This document shows positions 38,450-50,516 of a DNA stretch of 64,000 nt, one piece after another. The stretch is from positions 1,348,366 through 1,412,365 of the forward strand of contig JBNZDD010013610.1 of NCBI GenBank assembly GCA_050575255.1. Reading direction: 5' to 3'. A program made the position numbers and the translations under genes. Numbering within the stretch: position 1 is the first letter of the stretch; each line of letters opens with the position of its first letter. The stretch is from Harriotta raleighana (Eukaryota). Under the pieces are notes generated by a model that saw nothing but the letters and a program-made list of their open reading frames with translations, searched no databases and was not told where the DNA came from.

Positions 38450-39352
38450 GGTCTAAACTCACTGCTTTTAAAATTCGTGTTTTGTTTTACCTCCGTCGAA
38501 TCAGTGCTGCGATTGCGAAGTTAAGTATAAATAATACTGTACTAATAGAATATTCTTTTATTATTTAGTCTACTATTAATATGGTATGTGTTAAAATAAT
38601 TTGTCATTAAATTTTTATTTATTTAATTATTTTTTAAAATTATTTTTGTATTACTGTCAACCTTTAGAATTTCACTTTTGGTCAAACACAGCGTTTGACT
38701 CTCTCTTTGAAGGTGGAGGCCACATACCTCCTTAGCTGGGTGGGCAAGATTACACTGAACAGCAAATTAGCAAAAAGGACAGATCAGTGGTGGTCTGTGA
38801 CTGTCCCTGTGACTGTCCCACAGAAAGTACAATTTGAACAGCATTAGTTGTAGATTATCGGCTTCATTGTTACCTCGCTGTTGTGTTAGCTGCTTCTCGT
38901 AGCTTAGCCTCTGAATAAAGCTACTAACTGAGAAAGGTACATCCTTGGAACGCAACCCTGGCTCCTCTGGCCAGGAGCAGAATAGAATTTACTTCGAAAT
39001 ACTGTCCTCTGCAGAACTATAAAACCACTTGTCCATTCCAAAGCTTCCTACGTGTTGGGGGAGATCAGCCCCGTGGATTTCTCGTTACGTTTACCCTGAC
39101 TGCCCCCTACCTCCTCGTTCCCATTTTACCCAATGCCAACACTAGACACCCTTGATTGCATCTCTCAAGCCCACTTAATCGTGGGTGGGAAAGGGGGGGA
39201 AGCACAAACTGGTGAAGTACGTCAGAAATTTCTTGCATATAAAATATAAAATAAGTAGAGCAATCAAAGCCTTTGGGAGAAATGCAGTGAATGACAAAAG
39301 ACGACTGAAAAGGTTTTTGTTTTTTTCGCTGCCACATTCTGAATACACAATT

Positions 39353-39586
39353 AGGGGATAGGAAATCCACCTGAGTCTAGATTTACTCTGTTAACATAAC
39401 ATTACAGAACCTCCAGAATTTGGCAAATCCTTAAATATGTTCTTTAATTTTGAAGTCTATTTTTGGTAAATCTCTTGTAAGAATTATGGAAAAATGCCTT
39501 CAAAGACTGTATTCAACAACATGTCATAGTTTGCTTGTTCTAAAATGCTACATTAATTCAAACAATCTACTGGTGGGAATTTATTT
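39353..39586. mobile_element. ~230-bp palindromic (foldback/MITE-like) repeat, copy 2
   Basis: CTGAGTCTAGATTT(A/G)CTCT...TCCAGAATTTG and AAATGCTA...AATCTA...GAATTTATTT are colinear with 6309-6540. Confidence 0.7.
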
Positions 39587-40889
39587 GTGAGGTGCTGGAT
39601 TATACTGAGGCTTTTTGAATTCTACAGAGTATTGGAGTGTATTTGCCAGTCTGGCTTCCAATGATGCTGCCTTTTGCAAACCCTACACTTATACAATTTC
39701 AGCTTATATACAAAGCAACTGTTGCAGTGTCTTCAAACTTTTTATGGATCTGTAAAAGTGTAGTTTCCATTGCTTGAAATAAATATTTTCAGCACAAATG
39801 TATAAATATATAGTAATAGAATGCATAAATTAAGAAAATACAGAAAGTGCATTTGTGTCTAAAGACTTTAAATACAATGCCATGTGGCTTGGGAATAAGA
39901 TGCAGTCATTTTTAAAAAAATGTAAAAGACTTCTCCGCAGTTCATATAAACACCAGCCTGAAGCCAATAACGTGTGAATAGTATTGAAGGAAGAATTCAC
40001 AGGTGGGTTTATCAATGGTTTTAAAATGTTTTGTAAGACAGCAGCACGTCGAGCTAACAATATTGAACGAAGAAGGGGAGATCAAATGTGTCGATAAGAG
40101 AGATCCCATCTTATTAACACACTCAGGAAGCAAGATTAAAAGCAAGTGCAGTAAGAACATTTTCCCTTTACTGTCGCATTCTGAATGCAGAGTTCCCAAT
40201 TAGATGGTGGGCAAAGCGCTGGATTATACTGAGCCTTTCTTTATCCAACTGCCCCAAAGGTATTATGGCTCTTACTACTGTACCATCATCTGCAGTGTTG
40301 AGAAGTTGGTGAAGTGGTCACTCAGATGTGGTGTGCTTCACACACTGGGAGTCAGATCTTACTTACAACTGATTTACCTCTCAACAACATGAGTGAAATA
40401 AAGGTCAGACCTTGGTCTGAACAGCAACAACTGAGAACTCCTCAACATGTCAAATTTTTCACCCGGAATTATTCCTCTTGTCCAATGCTTCACTGTTTTT
40501 TTGTAGGATTCTAATGCACAGAGAAGCCTTGATGGGAATGTGGGCTTTTTTTCTGCTCCCTCTATGTGTCAATGTATATAAACTGCACTCAGTATTCCTC
40601 AATCAGCAATCAGGAATATGTGATGACAAGTTAGTGCATGAGAATTTGGATTTAAGTGATTCATAGACACCTGGTTCCTTGTTTCATGAATGCTTTAAAA
40701 CTTCCAGGTTACCAATGCATGGGTGTTTGTGAGACTTTAATCAATAGTACATTATTCAACATCAAAGAGCTTCAATTAATTCCAGTTTAGCAACTTAATG
40801 CAGTCGTTAATCTTGAAACTCAGACATCTATTGTGTTCAAGCATATGAACTGTCCTTTCAATCTCTTGTTTTTGTTCTTCCTGATGACA

Positions 40890-41050
40890 GATCAAATTGC
40901 TGATCATTTGCTTCAAGATTGCTTGTGGACTGTTGCTCTGTACAAATTGGCTAGCAATCTACCAATACACAGTCACTATGTTTAGCAATAAATCCTGAGA
41001 TGTTTTAATGATGTAATACAACACTATGCCATATTCAAAGATTATTATGA
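40890..41050 (+). mobile_element. Degenerate SINE 3' half
   Basis: TTGTGGACTGTTGCTCTGTACAAATTGGCT...CAGTCACTA...TTCAAAGATTATTAT. Confidence 0.65.
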
Positions 41051-41179
41051 CACAGGCATTGAGTCTTGGCTAACTAGCGAGAAGTTCATACAATCTGCTT
41101 AAAATAAAACAAACGTATTCACCAGCATGAGGTACACAGCCTTAGAATCCATTCTAAATCCAATAAAAATTTTAATTAA

Positions 41180-41240
41180 TAATTTTAATCCTTGCATTTG
41201 ATATAGCTCTTTTCACGTCTTCTAGGTGTCTCAATGTAAT
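41180..41240 (-). mobile_element. SINE 3' tail fragment
   Basis: TAATCCTTGCATTTGATATAGCTCTTTTCACGTC. Confidence 0.75.
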
Positions 41241-41579
41241 ATGAATGCTGTCACTAAAAGTTTGCTGAATCTAACTTCAAAGAGAATCGGGGAGAGAGCA
41301 GGTGTTTGAAAATTGCAAAAATGGCTTGAATTTAAGTGAAGTGAAAAGTCCTGTGTACAGAGCCATCGTTCACTCTTGTTGCTGCCTTCCAGTGGTTACA
41401 AATTGTGGTTCTGCCTGTTGTGTAGCTGTTGGTGTGTTATTGCTGTGGAGCATTGATTGAATTATTGCATTGAATATTTGATGAAATATTTACATAAAAC
41501 AGTTGAACTTTATTCCGCTGAATGGAAATTCAGGTTTTGGGAAGAATTTTGAACGATAGATTCGTAGAAAATAAATCTC

Positions 41580-41690
41580 TTCACAAGATACATAAAGTGT
41601 AGTGACTGTGTATTTGTCAGCAAATGTGGCACCCAACTTGTGTGTAACAAATATCCCACAAAGTACCGTGAAATGAATGACCAATTGTGG
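41580..41690 (-). mobile_element. Degenerate DeuSINE-type 3' fragment
   Basis: GTGTAGTGACTGTGTATTTG...CCCACAAAGTACCGTGAAATGAATGACCAATT matches 24615-24705. Confidence 0.7.
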
Positions 41691-42149
41691 GCCAGGATGC
41701 CAGGAGTGAAACACATTAGCTGCACATTGTGACATCAGCTTTAAAGCTTAAAAGATTCAAAAGGTTCTTGGCCATCACTCCAGACCTCACGACAAATATA
41801 GGATCTATAGTTTACCACAACTTAAACCACAAAAGGACATCAAGCTGGATAGCTCATGTTCCGGAGTGTGAGTTATGAGGTCCAGTACATAAGATGGTTT
41901 ACTTTTCAGTGTTGAGAGCTAATCATACTATATCCAATTTCAACCACGTGTTAGTTTGTTTTTCATTTTTTGTTCGTATGGACATTTCTATTGTGCAAAG
42001 CAGAAAGGTACATATGCCAACTGGGAGAACTTCCAGAAGACCATCATTCATATATTGGCTGTTGTGTAATGAATATCACAGCACAGTGTATATTACATGA
42101 AGGGATTTTGTAATTGGAAGCTGAAAAGGCAAATTGTGTTGGTAGCATG

Positions 42150-42410
42150 AACGGCCCAAGGGATGAAAGTTTGAAGGCCATAAGAGTGCAAAGCTTGGAT
42201 GTGAGGGACCGATAGGATGTGGGTCAGGAAATCAGAGGCAAGCACTTTGTGGGGCTTCATGTCAACGAGTTGGGAAAAGTGTTCTAGTTTCTTGGAGATA
42301 TTAAAGATGAAATCTGGCAGGTCAGATTCAAAAACCAGGAGAAGGAATGGTTTTGGATGGGAACAAATAGGAGTAAGGCTTGAGTTTGGCTGAATCAAGG
42401 AATGCGAGAT
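42150..42410 (-). mobile_element. Possible degenerate LINE (L2/CR1) internal fragment
   Basis: Purine-rich plus strand with LINE-like composition; no clear motif. Confidence 0.3.
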
Positions 42411-44163
42411 GGAAGACTGAAATTAGTAAAGCCATGTTCAACCATAGGAATTGTTGCACATTTTGGTCACTGGGAACATTTTTGCAGCATTTCTGGTGAT
42501 TATTTTAACCAACCCGATGAAGAAATCAACACACTCTCACTTCTGGTCAGAGAAGTTCACCCACCAAACTGACCATCACTTCCAAAAGAGATTAGCAAAC
42601 TCTAGAGAGAGTTAGAGGGCTGTAAGAGATCAGTCTCCCATGGCAAACAAATTGAAATTGGATAAATATAAAACGGATAGTGAGCAAAACCTGAGCATGA
42701 CTTAGGTTAGCAATGTGTCACAATTTGTTTATGATGGAGTTGGTAATGAGAGCCAATTTGCTAGCCAATTTGTGAATAGCAAGCATTTCAGGTCTGCTTC
42801 ATTTTTGCTTATAGACATCAAGCGGGTGCACGTGAAGATTTGTGACTGTTTAATTTGGGATAGTAAATGCGCGCATCATTTTATGAGCATAATGGACAAT
42901 ATTGCTTATTTATTCATTTAACTGAGTAATTAGTCTAAGGGCTTCAAAATATCTCCATAGTACAACTGTGCATCTTCTCTTATGTCTCATTTGCTTTGAA
43001 TCTGCAATACTATTACAAATATTGATCGTTTCGGAAATATTCATTCATGCTTCAAATGCTCTTTGGCCAGACACCCAGATTTGGGTACATGCAGCGTTTT
43101 TAGTTTCAATTGTACATTGTAACTGATTGTTTACAGGTATGGATGTCGAGAGGCTTAGAATTAACTTGCCACTTTACAAGTATGTATGTAAAATATTTAT
43201 GCTGAAAGAATACAGTCAGCGGGAGGCTCTCAGAATAGACTGCAGGTTCAAGCATAAAGCAGTGAAAAGAAAGCAGCACGGTTGCAATGTATATTTTCCA
43301 GAGTTTCTCCAATGTTTGCCACCACGACACAATTAATCGTCCAAGTGATGTGGACAGAATGCTCTCTTCCCACCACAGATGATAGCAAGCTTTAACAGCA
43401 TTGAATGTTGGTTCAAATAAATTATAGTAATCCTCGTATTTGATACTAATTATTATTATCATCTCTGAATACTCCCTGCCATTTTGGTGCTGGAGTGTGC
43501 ATGAGACACAATTCTTTACAGTTGTTCCTTATAACTTTAATATTGCCTTCACCAGTAACCATCTCTCACCTTGGATTTGCTTGTCTTTTTATTCCGGTGG
43601 CCCGTATAATCTGAACAATTGGAAAGGGAAAATGGAGTCTATTATGAATCATTTGTAAAGCCATGTGTACCGCATGGTTGTGTATTGCATAATTAAGTGT
43701 ATGTGTATATATTTACCATTTACATGAATTTGCTCACGGTTTACATATGGTGCATAAGTCATCTATGGGAGTCTCCGGCTTCCTATCACTAGCATACATT
43801 AGGCCTCTTTGCCTTTAAGAGCCTCCTTTCTTAACCAACCAACCTGAAGATACCAATATGATATTGATCAATTCCTTTTCCACTTAGGAAGAGACAATAT
43901 TTTTTTCAGATTATATTGACCGTGCTGGTAAGCATACATTCTACATGGCCCCACATGTCCTGCTCCTCGACTTCCACCTCCTCAAAATCCCAGAGCATTA
44001 ATTGTGTCCGATTGTTTTAAGCTATCACATTTCAGTGACAGGGAGGTCAAAAGCCCAGGGCTCTGATACCTCTGTGCATTTCTTTTTAATCAGGAAGGTT
44101 TAGAAGCATGACATTTCTTCCACACGCTAAGAGACGTACTGTTTGCAACTTTCCGCCCATACT

Positions 44164-44514
44164 GGAGACTAAAAGCTCAGTGGTTGGAGTGCTTGCCTCA
44201 CAAGGAAGACGAGCTGGGTTTGATTCTTGCGCAAGTTTCCTTACTCCACACACCTCTGTTCACCTAGCAGTAAGTAGGAACCCGGTTGCTAGTCGATTGG
44301 TGGATCGTTTTTCCGGGGTTAATCTCTTGAAAACAATTGGGTTACCAAATCCATGACTGTTTGTGGGACATTGCTGTGCACAAATGACTGCCAACAAAAT
44401 ATACTGTTAATTCACTTTACAGCATATTCTGTGAAGTCCTTCGAGATGACTCAAAGACACAATAAGGTGCTATATAAAATCCAAGGATGATGATGATGGT
44501 TATTAATATTATTA
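44164..44514 (+). mobile_element. Full-length tRNA-derived SINE, variant with a different middle segment
   Basis: A-box AGCTCAGTGGTTGGAG, B-box-like GGTTTGATTC, GCAAGTTTCCTTACTCCACACACCT shared with 16971-17290; standard tail. Confidence 0.85.
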
Positions 44515-45164
44515 TCATATTAAAGGCTCCATAGATACCTTGTTCATATGAGATAGGCATTGCCATATTCTGGGTTAAAGTTATAATGTTGGATAGATGA
44601 ACAACAATTACACATTCACCTGAAACATTTCACTTTAGTGAGTTTACAGTCACCGACTCCCACCCTCCGCCCTGATTTATTCTTTTCTCCTTCGGTCCTG
44701 TCGTGACCCAATCTTCTGACTACCTGCACCTCCTTTTCTCTTCCAGGACAGAAACTCTATGATCCAGCAAACCTTCTGACTCCTGGGCTTGTGGCTCTAC
44801 AGACAAGACTGAGTAGACCGCGGAGCTGACCTCATTTTGTCTTCTCTTTCCTGTCCTGTTGTAACACTCACTCTCCGCACAACACCTGTCTAGCAGAGTG
44901 ACAGCACTAGCAACAAATGGAACTTATTTATCAATTGATTTCCATTTCAGTAATTCTTTGGTTGCCTGTGTACTGTTTTTACTGCTTCACAGCAGCCGGT
45001 TAATGTTCTGCAAATATTGTAAATTAGTCCTGTATATTGTTCCCTCAACCACTGGCAAGATGATCAATGCGTTTTGCTCCTACCACTCAGCTGTTTAGGT
45101 CATGAATTGTACAGACCTATGATTCCTATATGAGGAAGATCTTGAGACCCATAATTCCACCTAC

Positions 45165-45280
45165 CTTTTCGCCCACAAATATACAGTCAATTCACTTTAC
45201 AGTATATTCTGTGAATATTTAGATATCTAGAAGATGTGAAAAGCACTATATCAAATTCAAGGATTATTATTATTATTACA
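45165..45280 (+). mobile_element. SINE 3' tail fragment
   Basis: GCCCACAAATATACAGTCAATTCACTTTACAGTATATTCTGTGAA...CTATATCAAATTCAAGGA(TTA)n. Confidence 0.9.
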
Positions 45281-45654
45281 GTATTATATAGTCTTAGCCT
45301 GAAAGTACATCTTGCCTCTAAATTTAAGGTCCTGTTGTATTGCAACAGTCTTCATTTTTGCCTAATTTGGAATCAAGAAAACTGCAGGAAACAGATAACA
45401 GATTAAGGCTGAATTTAACATTTTTAAATTAAAATTTTAAGACAACGGTTTTATGACTGAAGGCTGAGTGGAATATTTGGCTTTTGAACTTAAGAACTTC
45501 TCTAAGGTTCCCCTATGTTGAAGTGTGAAGATAGAAACAAATAAATAAGAAGAAAGTTTAAAACTGTGTGTTGAAGGACAATTCTCCATTTCATCTGATT
45601 AAAAAATAATCAAGTGGTTAATAATTTCACATTATTAATACTGGGTGGAGTGTG

Positions 45655-45840
45655 TGTCTGCAACGCAGTGAGCTCTCTGGAACTCCATCCCATAATCTCT
45701 TCACCTTGCCCCCTCTCAGTTTTTAAAACTCACCTCAACACCTTTCTTTTTGCTCATACTTTGGTTCACATTTTTCCCCAACTCCCAGCCGGCTCTGTAA
45801 AACGCTTTGTAACATCCTCCTTATGAAAAATGCTGCATAC
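45655..45840 (+). mobile_element. Degenerate L2 LINE 3' end
   Basis: CTCTGGAACTCCATCCC...SVFKTHLNTFLF remnant...TGTAAAACGCTTTG. Confidence 0.7.
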
Positions 45841-46124
45841 AACAACAACAACAACAAAATTACATTTATAGAGCGCGTTTCACGTCAGGAGGACGTCCCA
45901 AGGCGCTGGACAGTTGGTTTAAGACCCGAGCAGGGGGGAATGTTCAGGGCGAGGGTGGGGGGGACGGGATGGGAGCAAGGAGGGGGTAGAGACTCAAGAG
46001 GGGAGCTGAAGGCACGGTCGAAGAGAAAGGTCTTGAGACCGGCCTTGAAAGAGGAAAGGGAGGAAGCGAGGTGAAGGCACTGGGGGATGGAGTTCCAGAG
46101 CCTAGGGGCTGAGCGGCTGAAAGC
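45841..46124 (-). mobile_element. L2 LINE 3' end fragment
   Basis: AFSRSAPRLWNSIPQCLHLASSLSSFKAGLKTFLFDRAF is the L2 ORF2 C-terminus; (TTG)n tail on the minus strand. Confidence 0.92.
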
Positions 46125-48048
46125 ATAATTCACATGGTAGATTTTCCCCACATACAAGAACCACTGTCTCACGAAGGAGCTTAATGTCCCACAATGCCAG
46201 TTACCTTTTGATTTTTATACTGAAGTATTAACTTGCTGTTTTATAAATGTTCACTGTTGCTGTAGTTAAGCCATAAAGTATTTTGCTTTAATTCACAGTA
46301 ATACATTTGCAGCGATTGTGACCGCAGTCGAGTGATGCCTTAATATCTGCTGTAAATCTGTGACTGGCAATTGCCTCTTGCAAATGCTAATTGGTATTTA
46401 ATTAAACAAGTGCCTCTCTGGGTGGTCTGATGGCCTCAACGTGTCATTGTGTTGCTTCATGGACTGAGAAAACGGAGTTTGGAGTCCTTGGCTGTTGTTT
46501 GTACTTGGTTTTCGTCCAGATGGCGAGATGCTGTATTATCGAGATGGGGAAACATCAGCTGAGATTTCACCTGATAGCAAACTCTACAGCAAACCTAGTG
46601 TCCCTTATAGACGGTCTGCAATTGGCTCATGCAATTATCTGTAAATATTTTCAAACAACACGAGTTCTATTCCATCCCAAGTGATTTTAATTTATTTTCT
46701 GATTCGAATTGTTGTTTGTTTAAAAAAAACATTATAAGCTTTATTACAAAAAATGTACATCTGCGAGAGACCCAAATTCTTTGCAGTCCCTCAAAATAAA
46801 GCAGAAAGAGAAACAAACACAGTTTTGCTTTAAAGCAGGATGTGCCCTGATGATGGAGTTTGATTGTGCAATTTACAGGGGGGAAAAAAATAGCATGTTT
46901 AGTGAAACACGTAAACAATATTGGATCGAGCGAGATTTTCCACACATTTGCAGCCTCATACATGATTTATTGCAAACCAAGGGAACCATACAGGGGAGGG
47001 CAACCAATATTTCAGTACTAGGTTTATTTTAGCTATTATATCAGTACAACTGTCAAAATGCCTTGGGGAGGTATGAAGAAATAGTATTTTTTTGCTAATC
47101 AGCAGTTTCATTGAAATAAATATCTGCTCCATAACAGGCTTTAATGGTTTCATTGGATATTAACAGATTTTATTAAAATTTTGCGATTTGTTTCGAACAT
47201 CTTTGCAAACACCATCATTAAAAAAAACTGGATTAACATTATGACTTACACCCAATTCTTTCCTCTCCCACCAAAAACAATCAGGCCTGGTACATGACTG
47301 ATGAACTGCCTGGCAAAATCAAGAGTGACTGCAAGGACACCAAGATAACAGTTTGGGACCCTCACCAGCAAAAAAAAATGCAACAAAACAAACTGACATG
47401 CAAACCTGAAAAATGTATTAACATTCGGCTAGTCAGCTAACATTTAATTTGAACCTGGCACAAAAATAAATACATTTAGAACAAGGGCAGCAGCTTTATA
47501 GTTGTACGCGACCTATTTATTAATGTTTTCCACACACGGTTCGATTAGATTTTTGTATTTTTCTCAGCATTTCAAAGCTAACTGAGTATATCGGTTATGA
47601 AACCTTAGGACGTTATTTGGTGTATTGGTGTTAATGATATTTGCACTATCCGCGAGTGTGATGGATAATTGCAATAAAGATGAAAATTATATCTGCTGTA
47701 GGTAGCTATCACAAGGTATATTATGGAACGTACTTCAAAGCAAGTCCACATAATAGGTAGAAATCATCACTGGAAACAACACATTACTGTAGGATCTGTA
47801 TTCATGCAAATGATTATCCAAAGTTACAGGTGCCAGGCATAGATTTTTCGCACTCAAGAAAACACTGCAGCCTTGCTTGCCTGTGATGTACATGTTCTTT
47901 GTATGACCAGTCACTTCACAAAGGAATCAATGCTTAATTCTTGGAAATGGGTGAACTAATCTGCTTCTCCACTAACTAGCCAGCCTTTTTGGGGAGCAGA
48001 TTGCTTTTAATGTTACTGAGGAACTGATTTCTGCCCAAGAACTTTTTC

Positions 48049-48112
48049 AACAACAACAACAAAATTATATTTGTATAGTGCCTTTCACATCAGGAGTACA
48101 TCCCAAAGTGCT
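48049..48112 (-). mobile_element. L2-type 3' tail fragment
   Basis: (AAC)n AAAATTATATTTGTATAGTGCCTTTCACATCAGGAGTACATCCCAAAGTGCTG. Confidence 0.85.
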
Positions 48113-48371
48113 GAGGTATGATTTCTGAAAAGAGCCAGGATGGATTTGTTCTGCCTGTATCTGTGCTGTAGAGTTAGGCTGCAAAACCCACCTCCTCAAC
48201 TGCCAAGCTCCCCAAATCGCCGTCAGGTCGGCAAGTTTATCCCCATTGCAAACTGCACTTTTCACACCAATTTGGTATAAACTGGAGGTAAAATAGCTCA
48301 GGATCTTCAACTGGTCCCACCTTGCCCTGCCCGTCTATACTCCTCAAAGCAGCACATTTTTCGTTAATCCA

Positions 48372-48490
48372 CCACGCTCCATCCCAGCAATGTATTGGAG
48401 TGTCAGCCTAGACTGTGTGGTGTTTAAAGTCTCCATGTGGAACTTAAACCCGCAATCCTCCAACTCAGAGGTGAGAGTGCTCCCAAATGA
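48372..48490 (-). mobile_element. tRNA-derived 5' head of a SacSINE1/DeuSINE-type element
   Basis: Minus strand reads GGGAGCACTCTCACCTCTGAGTTGGAGGATTGCGGGTTTAAGTTCCAC...GTCTAGGCTGACACTCCAATAC. Confidence 0.7.
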
Positions 48491-48881
48491 GAGAGTTATT
48501 TACAAAGCAAATGGTGGCAATGGCATCACTGACGCTGGTTAATTCTTTTGCACTTTTCCCTGAAACACAGTTAAACCTAATTAATAAAGCATTTAAGAGC
48601 AACTGCAGTTACATCAATAGGGAAAACGAAACTCAACATATTTCTCGATTTAAACCCCAATTAAACCTGCTGAATCGAACAAATCTTTTATTTTTAAAAA
48701 TCCCATAAGGTACTATTTCATTTTTAGAAAACGCTAATGAGCTCACATTCTAAACGTGGACAATGAGTAGTAGCAGTATCATGTGGAAGGGAATCAATAA
48801 ACATTGGTGTTAAACTAAGAAAAAACAGCCGCGGAAATGAACACGTTTCCCACATATTCAAAATTCTGGAAATCCATTTGG

Positions 48882-48909
48882 GGTGTGTGTGTGTGTGTGT
48901 GTGTGTGTG
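48882..48909. repeat. (GT)n microsatellite
   Basis: Directly visible. Confidence 0.95.
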
Positions 48910-50480
48910 AGAGGGTAGTGGGTTCGGCCATAGTTTAAATTAAAGAATTGGTTATACAGGTGTGCTGTTTGTTTCAAAGAGCAGGGCAATTGTTTTTTGG
49001 GGCACTGAGCACAAGAGTACTTGCAATTGCTGGAGGCCTGTCAGTCAGGCCTGATGTGTTTCCTTGAACCACAGCACATTTGCAAATTCACCTCCTTAGT
49101 AATGCTCGGGAGCTGATACATCCATTATGCAAGAGTATGTGTGTATGTGTGTGTGTAGGTGTGGGGGAGGGGGCAGTCTGATCAAAAAAGCACAGATTGA
49201 TCCTTCTTATAGCAACCACTTCACTCTCCTATTTTCTGCCCAAAAGACAAGCGGAAAGTTTAGTTCCGGCTTTTGATATAAGGACACCGCCAGCTGAATT
49301 ATTGACTGGTCCCTCCCTTCCTGGCTTTGCGGGAAGCAAGCATTATTTGGTTGGGAATTCTAACCTAGCCTTAAAACACCGAGGGACATCGAGCATTTAA
49401 CCAAATTTCTTCTGCGCGTGACTTCACATAGAGCCACAAAGCAGTCAAATTAGAAGCTTTGCTTCAGCACAGAGTTGCCATTTGAATATAAAAGGCATTG
49501 AGAAAACATTTTAGTTAGCGATTATGGAATGCACAAGCTGCACGTTAAGGAGAAATGTTACCATTGTCACAATCGATTTTTCATTGAAATACCAAATCCA
49601 TTCAATTTATTTCCCTTTTACACTAAGGGGGTATCTGTGTGTGTGGTGGGTGGGGGTGGGAGAGATGGATATTGTGTTTCCTAGCTGGTGCTTGTGTTTA
49701 TTAAAGGCTTTGTTGTGTGGCCAGGTTTTGTGGACTGTACCTCTTCCTTTTTTTATATTGTAATCATGCGTTGCGATCACAAGCAGTAACTGAAATCTCG
49801 TCCTGGAGCCTGTTTTTGCTTTTACAATGACAATTGACATGTGATAGTTAGATGAGTTTGTGACTGATAATAAATTTGAAGGAGACAATCGGGTTTTGAT
49901 ATTGAGTCGTTAGAACGTCATGAAAAATGATTGCAAAAACAACTATAAAATTATTTAGTGACCATTTTTGAGAGGCTTGTTTGGAATCTAACCCTGAGTT
50001 TTTGTCTTTGGTGCAAACTGGCTGCATCTATTTCAATAGTGCATTGCCGCAGTTGGTAATTTTAATGCTGCACAGTGCATCTAATTAGTGATAATTAAGT
50101 TAATTAAATCAAATTATCTAATTATTCATTTTGATTCATGTTTTACTTCATTTTTCCTCTTTTGCACTTTATTGGATATGTTCAACAATATAAACCCAAT
50201 GCTATCTTCATAAGAGATTGCAGTGCATTATACCAGACAAACATCAAACAGTCTGGCTAAGTTATGCAGGAAATAATTAGCTGTATACATTTATTTTTTT
50301 TAATTCAATTTATCCTTTGCTTCTCCATAGATCAGCAATTTGTGAAATAATTCCTGCCCAAATGCAAATTTGGGGCAAAATTTAAGCCAAAACACACCAC
50401 TCACACACACAAAAAATTGAATACAGTAGTAGCTGAATTAACTATTAATATATTAAGTCTTTCACAGATGTGGAATTTGA

Positions 50481-50516
50481 GTGTGTGTGTGTGTGTATGT
50501 GTGTGTGTGTGTGTGT
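50481..50516. repeat. (GT)n microsatellite, interrupted once
   Basis: Directly visible. Confidence 0.95.

Noticed and set aside
37839-38462. ~200-aa ORFs
   Set aside because: Almost entirely translated Ns
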